64,000 nt of DNA, from the NCBI GenBank assembly GCA_904063045.1, contig CAJFCJ010000002.1:4373645-4437644 (forward strand), written 5' to 3'. The position numbers were made by a program, and so were the translations under genes. The notes below the pieces were generated by a model. It searched no databases. It was not told the DNA's origin and was given only the letters and a program-made list of their open reading frames with translations. The stretch is from Dimorphilus gyrociliatus. Lineage: Eukaryota > Animalia > Annelida. This document shows positions 12,641 through 25,899 of this stretch, piece by piece; positions within the stretch are counted from its first letter, which is position 1; each line of letters begins with the position of its first letter.

Positions 12641-14341
12641 AAAAAGAAAAGCCTCTCTTGAATCACCGTATTGTTCCCAACAGACGTTCTCCTCTTTTTT
12701 TTATTATAAATATAACTCTTCTACATCCCGTCTCCACCTGCTTTATATCATCAAACAGTTTTGTATAAACAAGTGATGTATGTTAATGTTTTTTACTCTG
12801 TGCTAACACAAAACTAAGAATATCCGGTAGCGATTATTAGAATGAGTCCTTGATTATAATTAAGGCTTTTAATTACACATTTTTAAAAGTATATTATTTC
12901 TCTTTCTTTCTATCAAGTATTGTTGTTTGTGAGATGATAAAAAACGGGATAGGGCATTTGAATTGTTGATTGTATAATTGATATAAACATCGTAGAAGCA
13001 CCAACGGCCTAAATTATGTGTGTTCATAATCAATTTTTCATCTATTATTCAATAAAGTTAATAAACAAGAACAAATGATTTTTGAGAATTTAAACTTAAC
13101 TACGCCCTATTGATAAATACATGGTATTTTTAGGATGTATTTCAATATTCAAACTGATACTTGAATAGCACTATTCAAATTGTATTTTCCTCTTAATGCT
13201 ATCTTCTATATACGTCACGCTACATCTTTCTTTTCTAATGCAGTAGAATTCATCGTTCTGCTCTAATTATAAAATTCCTAATAAATATATGATCAAGGTG
13301 GCTTCTATTATTACCGCAAATACTCCCACTTATTCTTCGTCACAGTAAACTGATCGCTCCATCTATCGTCTATTGGTAAAACAATACCCATTGTCCGCTA
13401 GAAGAAGAATTAAATAAGTTTATATAGTATGTATATATATATTTATATAACTAATGGGCGGAATATGCAGGCATTCGAAGAAATCAAACGAATTGATAAC
13501 AAATTTGACTTTCAAAATAAAAAAAGACGGTCAGGGGAAAGCAAGCATAAGAATTAGCTAGTTAAGGGCTAATGTGGAAGAAAGTAACAAAATTCCTGGT
13601 CCTGTCGACTTAAGTAACCGTAAAGTTGGTTTGCATTAATATAAAATAGATAAGGAGAAGGAATAATAAAGAAACCACTTTTTCTGTCTCTTAATGAAAT
13701 CTTATAGCTTATTTAATAATAAAAGACGGAAAATTAATTATTATGATTATTCTACATCTGCAATAAAAGAGATACAAGCTTTCTTTATTATTTTTGTACC
13801 TAAATATATTAGCTAAGATAAGGAATAAAACAATATACTTATTGTCATAAAACATTAAAGAGGTGAGAGACAGAGGCAAGCGCAAGGAATATATAAAAAG
13901 AAAACACAGTATAAATTAGTATATATGTTTCTGTGAGTAAAGAAAAACATTAATATCATCCGACAACAAAGAGAAAACGTAGAAGAGTGGAATAAGATAA
14001 ATCTTTCCTTTTTTTAAATTTCATTATTAAAATTTCAGTATGAACAGAAAGATATTATTTCCTTATTTTATTAGTTTTTTTTGCAGATATACTCTCTTTA
14101 CTATTTTATTTATTATCTAGTTAGTACAGCACTTAAAACTTAAATTCTTATTAGTGTATATTGGGTCCATATGCTAATTTTTAAGATCTGTAAATAATAT
14201 TGTAAAACTACAGAATTTACTTTTGAGAAAGAAAAGCAAGGATTGAAAGGAGAATATAGAATTTCAGTTAAATATTTACAGAGTGTTGTCTATTATTATT
14301 GATTTCTTAAAGTGTCCATATAATTGTTTGTAAAGGAGATA

Positions 14342-15490
14342 TTACATTAATTTTTTATTGTCATTAGTATTATTAGTAGTATTTTGAACAATTTTCGATG
14401 ATGATCTTAAAAAATCTGATTTAACTAGCCTAAAGAATAGGACAAAATTGATTATCCACATAATTATAACACATAGAGTAACGCAATAGTAATAGATTTC
14501 GGGTACACGATGCTTCCAGAATATAATTCCTAATGTTACTGTTGATATTCCACCAAATCGAAACAATACGAATGTAACCAAATTGAGCTTTAAAATAAAT
14601 TGATAGATTTTTGATTTGAATGATATGCCTCTCATTTGCATTAATTTTCTAGCGTGTAGAAATGCAGAATTAATCTCAGCCGCCAATACTAGGGTGTTAA
14701 ATCCAATACAATAACAATGGAAGAGGTTATATGAGAAGCTAGAAATGACAATTACATGGTGCAATGCTAATTCCCAATTCCTAGCCAATTTTCCAGAGAA
14801 GAACAAATCCAGAGTGTCGTAGATGAAGTAACCTATGAAAAAATCACAATATAGAAATATGGCATTCATTATTCAATTATCATATTATTGAGAAAGTGCG
14901 AAAGTTGACGCATCGGGTTAATGTTTAATTAAAATTTTATCCCTTCCTCTGTCGATAGTCGATTGCACGGATTTACATAGTTTAATCACTACAAAGGCCG
15001 AGTCGCTTTAATCAAACATAGCAAGAGAACTACCTGTTGAGAAGGCGATTAATAAATAACAGTTGAATGAGTGATATGCCACTGGATCTGCGAAAAGTGA
15101 TGGATCTGTGTACAAACTGCAAGAAAAAAAAATGACAACTATACGTTTATGTTTGAATAGAAAATAGTTTTTATAGACATTTGTATATTCGTTTTAGTTT
15201 ATTTAACTCTGTTGTTTATTTATCAATTGTTCAAATAATGAAAAAATAATAAGTAACCTAAATAAGAACCAACTTCCTGAACAACTTGCATGAATTGTTG
15301 ATATTACTATATTTCTCCAGGACCAAAATTCAATTTTTTTCCACTTTCTTTCGTCGTATAGAGAAGTTATTACAGATTGTATTAATTGAAAAAGTACCAC
15401 CGTTATTAAAATTGCCCAAATTCCATATTTTGGTTCGATTAAATCGTACGTTTCAATAGTTCTATTAAAGAAACTATATACGAAGCGCAT
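14342..15490 (-). CDS. TLC (TRAM/LAG1/CLN8) domain membrane protein, TLCD1/2-like, about 268 aa. Exons 15490-15258, 15116-15034, 14832-14342
   Basis: Family motifs WRNIVISTIHA, FSTGYFIYD, LALHH, AEINSAFLHARKL, FVLFRF. Splice phases 2 and 1 are consistent. Confidence 0.9.
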
Positions 15491-15527
15491 ATTGAAATAA
15501 AACTGAATGGTGGCACTCCAAAGGCCT

Positions 15528-15537
15528 ATCACGTGAT
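15528..15537. promoter_or_regulatory. Palindromic E-box ATCACGTGAT, 38 bp upstream of the TLCD ATG
   Basis: Perfect 10-bp palindrome matching the E-box form bound by SREBP and also by USF/MiT-TFE bHLH-Zip factors. Confidence 0.4.
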
Positions 15538-16251
15538 CAGTTGCTAAGGACTCTTCTCCAAAATAGGCTCATAACTAGTCAATTAATCGGGCGAAAGAGA
15601 CGATTGTAGTGAAACGTACTGTCAATTAGCCATTTCGTAATATATTTTTAAACACGGCTAATTGAAAAGCATGAATAATGACCACACCTACAAATATCAT
15701 TTAGGTTATTTCTCTGTAAGGAAAAATAAGTTTTTTCTATCTAGAAAAGACGCTGATTTAGTATTTTTTCCCTTCTATTTTTAGTTTTTGAATTCGAAAA
15801 AGCCAATCCTACAATTTTTCTCCCGTGTGTATAAATAATAATGCTTTATTGGGTGTTATAGTTGAGCTGATCGCCATAATAAAAAGAAGCTAAGACAAGA
15901 TATGGCTTGCATATATTTGACAGTTTATAGTATAATCCTAGATAATAATGAAGAATATAACATTATCTTCGCTATAGAGAGAAGATAATAAACCTGTTGC
16001 TATTTGTCTAAATCTACTGCAAATTATCGTTTGCAATCGGGCAACCTGATATTTTGTAATATTTGTTGCATATTATAAAAATATATGCAAATATAAACAT
16101 TAAAGAGGAGTGTGTACCGTAAAATTGATATATTTTATTAAATATGATTCTGATATAATATTACGAAGTGTATCTATTATAGTAATATTTTATTTTTGTC
16201 TGTTTCACTTTAGTCCAATCAACTTCAGACGATATTATTAAGTTAAATTAA

Positions 16252-17229
16252 CTATTTATCTTTTTTCTTTATATATGCCTGTCTGAAAAAATTGGCAAAC
16301 AACACCATCATTATTATGCAATATCCAGCTACAGACATAAGTAGAAATTTAGGAAATTTACAATCAGACATTGTAGCTGTGCACATTTTAACAAATACTA
16401 AACAAAATTGTAGCATTTGAATTTTAGTAATATGTCTTTTAAAGGTAAGATATTTTTTGAAAGCTGGTCCAGCTGCAGATAATGTATAGTAAAAGTACAT
16501 AAGTGCATGGACGAATGAGTTTACTGCTGGTGGTCCAAACGACTCGCCACCTGGCACGTATTGAATAGCTACCCACCAAAGAACAGCCATTGATGAATGA
16601 TGGAAGACATGTAGAAAGGTAATTTGTCTATTATTTTTTCGAATTATGAAGAATAACGTGTCGGTGTATTCGAAGAATTTTGAAATATAATAGATGTAAT
16701 TGATTCTGGCTAGCTGTAGAGAAAGTAAAAAAAAATGTATATTAAATAATAACATATTAAAATAAAGAGTTTAAAATATTTCATTTGCTATTTGCCTACA
16801 TGAAATCAATAACTGCTATTCTTCAAATTCATTCAACTTTAATCGCCTTGTTCTTTCAGTAATATGATTCAATATTCAAGTTGTATACTATTATCATACA
16901 ACAAAGTATCTTACCCTATAATTTAATTCGTTGTCATCTTTGCTAACTTCTTGACAAATCCAGTTCCATTCGGGTCTAAATATTGATGTCACCAAAAATT
17001 CGTATACCATGTAACAGGAAAGACATACACATGTTATGTTGTAAATTATAAGGAGCTTGTTAACTCTTAACGCCTTCCTAGATTCCATAAATTTGGGTCC
17101 ATAATATACCATTGCTAAATACAAAAATGACATGGTCAATAAGCTATTAAAACTCGTTAATGGCCAATTTTCTAATCGAGTATTTTTATTTTCTTGGTGT
17201 ATTTTTTGGAGCCAGTTAAGGAACAACAT
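16252..17229 (-). CDS. ELOVL fatty-acid elongase (paralog A), about 258 aa. Exons 17229-16915, 16713-16252
   Basis: All four ELO motifs: SKFFEYTDT, LHVFHH, NSFVHALMYFYY, TKIQMLQ; C-terminal dilysine KKKDK. Donor AGG|GTAAGA, acceptor ctacag|CTA. Confidence 0.93.
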
Positions 17230-17391
17230 GATTTAGACTTGGGTGACTTCAATAACGTGTTCAAACTAGGACGTGAAGCCGGATAGAGGTCACTAGTGTG
17301 CTTATGCAAGCTATTTCTGTTGTTTACTTCGCAACCATAGCAACTTAACCCTTGCCCTACTTTATTGATTGGCGTCATTTATTGTTGGAAA
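17230..17391. promoter_or_regulatory. 162-bp spacer between the divergent ELOVL start codons; putative bidirectional promoter
   Basis: ATGs at 17229 (-) and 17392 (+); contains ATTGG (reverse CCAAT) next to CGTCA (CRE half-site) at about 17368-17378. Confidence 0.6.
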
Positions 17392-18437
17392 ATGAATGTT
17401 TTTACCAGAAAAATTACAGATTTTAGGGAATTTTACGACTGGGCTCTCACAAGAGCAGGTACATATTGTTACTTTTCTACTCTTTCTATTCTTGACGTAT
17501 TCATTAAACTGTTGCTATCGCTACTTTTCATCAAAAACGTTGTCGTCTGCAAAAAAAGCCGACAGAGTTTTTGTTCTTAACTACGATATGTAACATAAAT
17601 AGAGGAATGGTCATGTTTGTTTATTGTACCAGTACAAATTTATAGTTGATTAAACATATAGAATAGAAAGTCGAAATACTATCTGCAATAAAGTTTTATT
17701 TAACAGATAAGAGAGTTGAAAAATGGCTTTTAATGGACTCATTTACTCCCACTCTTTTGCTTACTCTTGGTTATTTAATGATCACTCAGCTCGGGCCGAT
17801 AGTCATGAAGAATCGTAAAGCCTTAGAGCTTCGCCCTCTGTTGATTGTTTATAACTTTGTTTTAATACTCATTAATTTACATATTTGTACTGAAATCTTT
17901 TCGGCAAGCTCAAATTTAAATTATAGCTATTCATGTCAGCGAGTTTCATACACAAATCACCCTGAAGAGCTTCGTATAGCCCGGGCTATATGGTGGTTCT
18001 ACTTTTCTAAATTATTAGAATTCGGTGATACTTTTTTATTTGTTCTACGGAAGAAAAACAATCAAATATCTTTTTTACATGTTTATCATCATGCAACGAT
18101 GTTCCCACTTTGGTGGATTGGTGTGAAGTGGGTAGCAGGTGGACAGAGTTTTCTTGGCCCAATGATTAATTCATTTGTTCATGTCGTTATGTATACGTAT
18201 TACGGTTTGTCAAGTTTTGGACCCAAAGTTAGAAAGTATTTGGGATGGAAGAAGTATTTAACGATTTTGCAACTACTTCAATTTTACACTGGAATGATTT
18301 ATGGTATCCAGTCCATTTATTTTCAGTGTGACTATCCTATGTGGATGCAGTGGGCGTCGCTTGCGTATGGCGTGACAATAATTGCGCTATTCCTCAATTT
18401 CTATCATAAAGCTTATATCAAAAAGAAGAAACAATAG
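17392..18437 (+). CDS. ELOVL4: ELOVL4-like very-long-chain fatty-acid elongase (paralog B), about 265 aa. Exons 17392-17458, 17707-18437
   Basis: RA|DKRVEKWLLM N-terminus, SKLLEFGDT, LHVYHH, WWIGVKWVAGGQSF, NSFVHVVMYTYY, KKYLTILQLLQF, terminal KKKKQ. These features resemble ELOVL4; the ortholog assignment needs a tree. Confidence 0.88.
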
Positions 18438-18631
18438 ACAAACAAGAGAAAGCTTGTTTGACTAGGTTTGTTGACACAGCAATTGAGCACTTGGTTTTAC
18501 AGTAGACAATTATAGTAAAAAATTTCAAAAGTTATTGTATTTGTTTGTTTGTTTACTTATTGTTTACAATAAAACAAATTTTCTTCTGTAATTTATTACA
18601 CAGTGGAAAAGAATAGCCGAATACTCTGAGT

Positions 18632-21600
18632 TTAAGTTTTAGTAGTGGCACAATTTAATTTCATACAAGCTTTAGTCAACGGATGAAAGAGGATAAGAGT
18701 TGTTATTAGTATCGCTGTAAGAAAGAACCAAAAGAAAAGTCTATCGAAAACTTCTGCCATTCTTTTCCAATCAGCGCTGAAATCTTCTTCAGAATCTTTA
18801 ATAAAACCTTCTTCTTCCATGGTATGTCTTGCAATTCTTTCCCCAATTTTCTCTAAAGTTATACCGTTCACCGTCGACCTTCTTTTATCCTTCTTATAAG
18901 ATGACATACACATACACCTTCCCATGTAGTCGATAATGAGAGTTTTTGCCCAAGATGGTACTGGCCGATCTGAGATATAGTGTAAGTTAAGGACAAAAAC
19001 CGTCAAAACCATGGAGAGAGTCGTAATTGCCATGGTCACTGTTAGATAAATTCCCAGTAGAGGTATGTGATCAGATGTCTTTGGAATGTTTCCAGCCACA
19101 TTTAGTAAAAAGATTCGAAAAGAGAGAAGCACAACAACGCCTATCTGAACCTGTTTAAGTATAAGTGACAAAATTTAATAGAGAACAGCAGCAAAGAGTT
19201 AAATACTCTTGGACGAGACTAACCTTCTGATTTGGCGTACAAAAGAAAACAGAAAGTAAAAGAACGGAAGTCATAATACTAGGAAGGATAACATTCAGAA
19301 CGTAAAATGTATGTCTCCTCCTTAAGTAAACCTTAAATTCAACGTTGGAGAATTTTTCATTCGGACAACATTCGTAATTGAATTCGTTGCGAACTGCAGA
19401 TGTTGTAAAAATTTCCCATTCGCCATTTGTTTTATAGCTATCTAAATTAACGACTGATGTTGAAGTTGTCAAATTCATTTTAGATGTGTGATAACTCCAG
19501 GCGCCAAAAACCAAGGCGCAAACTTGTTCGTCAAAAGGATAGTATGTAATGTCGATTTCACACATTGTCTGAAAGTAACTAAGAAGCTATAATAAATCTA
19601 GCACTTTTATTAAAATAATTTGATTATGCGTTTTCTAGTTACTTTAAAAACTCCCCCTGGCTCCCAATGAACTTGTCCAATGCTTGATATAGATGCTCTG
19701 AAAGCCTTGTAATCTTCATACAGTTTTTCGGCTCCATTAATTACAGCAAACTCCGGACGCCAAAGGCGATCCGCCTCAACAATCATATCAGATGCATTAT
19801 TAAATTTTGTAGAATTCCAAACGAGACGTTCATCTATCCATTCTACAATTAGTAGACCCGTAGTTGTGAATACCTGACTTCGAACATCTAAATCTTTAAT
19901 ATGCATCAGTGAAAATTGGATATCAACTGTGACGGTATTGGCAGAATCGATGACTGGGCGGGCTGTTCGAAAGATTAGAGAGTGATGAAACTTGTGTTGG
20001 AAAGGGGTGAACGCCTATTGACCCATATATATTACTTTATATATATATACATATATATATTCTATTTGTATAAACTGACAAAAATGTCAAAGAAGTCTAT
20101 AGAAAGGGAAAAAAAATTTATTTTTTGAAAGATTATTTTTGCTGTAGAAGGACTGTCAGCAAGAAAATGAAAAAAATTTTCCTCTCCTTGTTACAAAGCA
20201 TGACGCAAACGTTTGTGAAGTTTGATGAACGTTCGATAATCGTTTTCCTAATGTATTCGGCAAGACAGCTACCGAATTAGCAAGGGAATTGCCAAGCTGT
20301 CGAAGGGAAATGTATGTGACAATCAGTTTCAGAGCTTATCAAAACTATTGAAAATGTTTCAGAAGGCTTATAAACAATATTTAAAACTTAAGTAGGTTTT
20401 TAATAAATTTACGTTTCGTTTTAAATTTATAGGGTATTAAAATATTCGCCAAATCAATTAATCAATTACTAGGAAACGTCCTTTTTCAATTTATCACCTA
20501 CGTAAAGGCTAAAGGGATAGGCTTTGCTGTCGAGCTCTTTTTCTACAATCATGTAAAACAATTTAAGCGTTACTTTTCACCTTTATTCTGAGAAATAAGG
20601 ATAGCTGAACAAGTTTATGAAAATGTATTAATTTACACTTTATGTTGGTCATTTAATATAAATATTTAATTGCTAAGAAAAGATATCCTATTCATGCTAT
20701 TACTGATACTAATTTAAGGAAGGAATCAATAACCTAATTACTATTAGAATTTAGTCTTTTTCCTACATCTTTTTTAAACGTATTTTCCAGTTGCATAAAT
20801 AATCTCCTTGTAGAGAGCTTTATCATCACTTTGTCTCTATTTTCCAGTATTAAATTAACTTCATTTCACTTGTCTAAGAATATCATTTATACATAAAAAT
20901 AATACAAAGTTATTTTAGTTGACATGCATTGTAAATTTCAAATGATAGGAATGTAAATTTGGCTAATTAGATTTCATCATGATAAAGAATTCGTGCTTTG
21001 CGGTTATTGATGTAAATGTTGCTTTTTATTTGATATTATTTAAGGATTTCAATAAATAAGTAGTTGTCTGGAGAACTTATCGGATGCTGAAGAACATAGA
21101 TCTGAAGTTAATTTTTTTTACGCCACAAAAGTCTTAACAGATTAAACTGAAACGAAAGGAAACTTCTCTTTTGAGAAAGTGTTTTACTTTTTGGTAATTT
21201 ATTATTTGAGAGGGATATTGTTTTAATCTTCTCGCCTATACTTCGTAAAACGTTAACGTTGAGTGATTTCTCTAGACTCACAATAGAGTACATCTAGAAA
21301 TAGCTGTCGAAACCTTGCCTAGAAGACGTTCTTTTTTTCAGTCGACAGGCTTAATGGTTTTTGTGGAAGGGGGTGGAAACTATAAAAGTGAATAAAGAAC
21401 ACAACATTCCCAAGAAATTAACAGTACTTTTAAATAAATTTTAGGAGAAAAGTTCAGGAGGAATGATTACTTTCTTAATTAGCAAAATGTAATATTTGAC
21501 ATTTGCAGCAAGTAAAAAAGTATCCACTGTTAAATAACATGTACAAACGTTACAAGAAACTTCTTTACTTTTATAGGACATTACTGAAAGCTTATATGGC

Positions 21601-22265
21601 TTAAATATATTTTGTTTTGATAATAGAGTCTAGAAATATCTTTCGATTATTGTAATCCATAATAGCTTGCTGTCCGAGTCTCTTACAAACGAGTTAATAG
21701 GAAGAGAAAGATATGAAAAATGTGACAAAAGGGTCATAAGAATATGTCGAATTTTTAGTTAATTGTTAATGTAACAATTTATCATATAACATCGGTACTA
21801 CTGCTTTGGAAACGATAATAAAAACTTCACTAGAAAATTAAATGTCACACATTGGTCTTGTTATTCGGTGATGAAATCAGGACGAAAAAAATCAATATAG
21901 GCTTAAAGCACGTAAAATAGGTTGAAAACATTTAACGAGGGAGATAGTACGAGAAGGGTTGAAGATGATGAGCCAAGAAATTGCTTGTAAAGCGTGGTCT
22001 TTATTCAATAGATTCTTAATTGTTTATCGAATATTGAGAAGAGACTAGAAATAACAAAGACAAAAACTATACAACTTACCGGAAGGGTTATAATCCTTAA
22101 AAAGGTTTATTAAAAGTCTCTCTTCATCACTTAAATTCCTTGTTGCTGCACCTGTACATGAAATAAAAGCAGGAAATGCCGAATTATTGTTTAATTAGTC
22201 TATTAACTTCTCAACAAACAGGGGTAAGTGATCAAAGCCATTAGTAGCTGAGACAATATCAGCAT
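18632..22265 (-). CDS. Cys-loop ligand-gated ion channel, alpha-type nicotinic acetylcholine receptor-like subunit, about 437 aa. Exons 22265-22208, 22151-22080, 19962-19643, 19568-19224, 19150-18632
   Basis: Signal peptide MLILSQLLMALIT..., EERLLINLFKDYNPSARPV, Cys-loop CEIDITYYPFDEQVC, vicinal YECC, four TMs, DWKRMAEVFDRLF before M4. All splice phases agree; the first exon is the least certain. Confidence 0.92.
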
Positions 22266-25200
22266 GCTTCTTTTTCGGTCATTCAGAATCCCAAAAAGAT
22301 ATACTCTTCTGCTCTCCAACCGCAAATTGATATATGTATATTTAAATAAATTCGGGTTACTTAAGTAGACAAAAACAATAACTTATTTCCTCCTGTAACA
22401 ATAGTATCGAGTGCAGAAGAATTTATTTTCCGACTGACTTACTGGTAAATTTAGAGAAGGAACGATGACGGCGTCCAAAGGCTGTATGGGCTGTGTCGCT
22501 CTGTATTCTGCTATGATGATTGGACGAACAGCTCAGATAAAATGAAGGCCTATAAGACCTTTATCAATCAAATCCTCCCCTAGGCGTTTGCCTTATTTGA
22601 AATACTTGTGCGTTAATTCGGAGGATACTTTCTTGAAATTTAAAGTATGGGTGGCAAACCTTTAGAAATTTTCTGGATTTTTCTAACATATCCTGTCTTA
22701 TTTTATCTGCTTAATCTTTTTCATTCTAATGTGTATGTGTCTACGCCATTCTTTGCCTCTCTATTTCCTTCAACTCGTTCAACCAACTCTCTATCATCAC
22801 TCTAGCAGCCTTTCTCCTTACCTTTTTGTCTTTTCCCCCCATCTCCGATTCCATTCTTAGCTCCTCTCCTTCTCTAATCTTATATACTTGATAAGCAACA
22901 AGCGTACACCATCTTATTTATCTTGTTTTGTTCTTTTTTCACCTTGTTCCCTCCCACGCACCATCCCAGCCTTCTCTAGTTTTTCTATCAATTGCTAAAT
23001 TTAACTCTATAATTGAAAATTATATAATAAAATAGAAATACTAGTTTATTTAGGTAGTTTCCTAATATAGTAATTTATACATAATGTAATTTAACAACCT
23101 TGAGATTCCTTTTAAAAAATCTTTAAGTCTAAAAATTAATATAAATAAATAACTAAACATCTTAACTGTACAATGGAGACCATGTACACTGCATATACAT
23201 ACATTATATGTATCTAAATAATTGCAAATGCTAAATTAAATGCTCTAAATCAAGATTACATTGAAGACTTATCAAATTACGTATATATAATTAACTACGA
23301 CTTACAAAATGGGAAATCTAGAAAAAATCAAATTCAGAAAATTAATAGATAAAGATTAAAAATTATTCTGTTCTTTATAGTTTAATATACTGGTAATAAT
23401 ATGCTTTTAGTCCCAATGAATAGCTCTATTAATGTCTCTGTACATAATTATAAATTAGTAATAAACGTTCTTTCAAGTATGTATATAGCTTTTCATAATC
23501 CTATATGTTATCAATGTTGGAAACTAGCAAGTTATGTAGCACTGTATTTTGCTTAATATCAGTTTCATAATCTAATTTCTAAGTATACCAAGAAGAATTT
23601 TATAAAAGACATATTAGAAAGAAAGCTAACTTGAGATTTTTTAAAAATTAATATAAAATCTGACATTTTCAAAATGCTATATTCCGCTTTTTTGTTGATA
23701 AGTCCATTGTATTACGGGGGAAAATATCAATCCTTAATCAATGTTGTCTCTCGAAACGATATAAACAGATATTCCTGTTTCGTTTCCTCTTTTCACTCCA
23801 ATCTATAGCACTACTTATCGACATTCGGCTCAATAGTTTCCTGTTTCCGTTATCTATGAAGAGTTTTTTGGGTCTCATGCATTAAATTAGGAGGAAGGAG
23901 AGGAACAGGGATAGAAAAAGGTATAGAAAAACTTTGACACTCTTCTCCAAATAGTTGGTTTGATGAGAGGGGACTAGAGAATTTCATACAGTACTTAAAT
24001 ATCATTAGAAAACTTCGCAATGATATTGTATCTTCTCACTGAAAATAGTAGTTTGTCTCATTTCCAGATCAATGAACATTACGAAGAGGGTAGAATGGTT
24101 AAAGAACAGTAGTGATGATCAATCTGTCTCTTATGATGCATCGGAGAATTGCTTCATTCCCCATCTTATATATTATATTATATAGTGTTTTTCTCTGGAA
24201 AATGAAACTAAATTTACTTTCAGAACCTCAAAAAAAAAATCTTTTCATTTAGACTCAAAGAAAAAAAATTATACGCAAAAATGAAATCTATTGGAAATAA
24301 AGTTATGGAAAATTTCCCTTTATTTAAAAATCGAATGATATTAAAAGATTTTACGTCTGCTTAACCTTCTCGCATAGTAGCAAATAGCGTTGTTGCGTAA
24401 TTAAGATTATGGGAAATGGTCCGTTGGTTTTACGTTCCACAAGAAAAACATTGCAAATTCTAAACCACTCTGAGTAAAACTTCAGCCTTATTCCCGTTTA
24501 GGGTGGCGATGTAATTTTTCGCAACGGTAATCTTATGGAATTGTCAAACAGATATTTTAAAAATCATTCTGTATTTCAAACTGGCTCTCTTCTTCATCAT
24601 TAAACATTATATCTTATTTGTGAAATCATCACTAAGTACCCAATCTTCCTAAATAGGCCTTTAATTTTCAAAGTTTACTCTCCAATAGAATAATATATTT
24701 CGTATTTTAAGCACGTTTTGGCCCAAAATAAGAAAATTGTAGGAAATAGCTAAGAGCTTCCTACGTTGGAAGCTAATAGTATACTTATATACTGTGCCTT
24801 GAAACCGTATTACAAACACTTTATTGTTCATATCACACTTTAAGATTAAAATATTAAGTTGATAAATCTTTAAAATATAAATAAGAACTCTTACGTAAGA
24901 AAGTAAAGTACACTTTTATGATACGATCTGATAAATGTATTGAATTACTGCGTATTTTGCTAATTTAAAGTAAAAAGAAAATGATGCTTACAACTAATCT
25001 CTTGGATTCTTCATTCTTTTCTTTTTTTCTGCCGAATATTTGCTATATAGAATGTCGACGCTGCAATCAGAAAACTCTATTTATTTAGAGAAAAACTAAT
25101 AAGATTGTTTTCTTAAAGTTTCACTTTTTAAAGAGAAGCTTACAGAACTTTATTAAGGAATATGAAAAAAGAAGCTTACTATAAAATAGTATTCCTTTTA

Positions 25201-25899
25201 CAGAAATAATGCCAGCTGTAGTTTACAGTCTCGGGAATATGACAATGAGAAATTTCTTCTTTCTCCATACCGAACTATTGTCATAATTGACCTTATTATT
25301 GATATACCATGTGTTTAATCATCAACTGAAAGAGGCAGTTAAATGAGAAGACGAAGTTAAAAGAGAACTTAAGAGAAATCTAGAAGGCCTCTCATAAATT
25401 AAAGTACTCTTTTGACATTTTTCCTTCCTGTTTATATGGAGTATCTAGTGCCAAATAGAAAAAAAGTGCAACTTTTACTCATATCTCTCGAAAATCAACT
25501 TTTTACTGTCGTTCCCAAGTGTCGTAGTCGCCCGATTCGTAATTGTTAGTAAATATTATCTCGACAGAAAACAGACTAACTCATCATGGACTAAGAATTT
25601 CTATTTTTTCTTTCAATTTTCCTAATAGTATTTAATTATAATAAAAATTTTACTTAAATAGTTTGTCCTGTGCGTTCTTTAATTCAAAAATTCTAATAGT
25701 TTTCCAACACGATGAATTGGCCATACAAACAATACATTTTACCATAACAAATTGTAGATGTCATCTTTCTCAGAGTTTAGGAGAATTATCCAACAGATGG
25801 CGCAATTGTTAAAATTGACGGCGACCGCTGCAAAAATCCTGTGTACTTTTAGGAAAAAGCACTTTTTCTGCGGCTGAAAAAGAAATTCCAAACCAGAAA

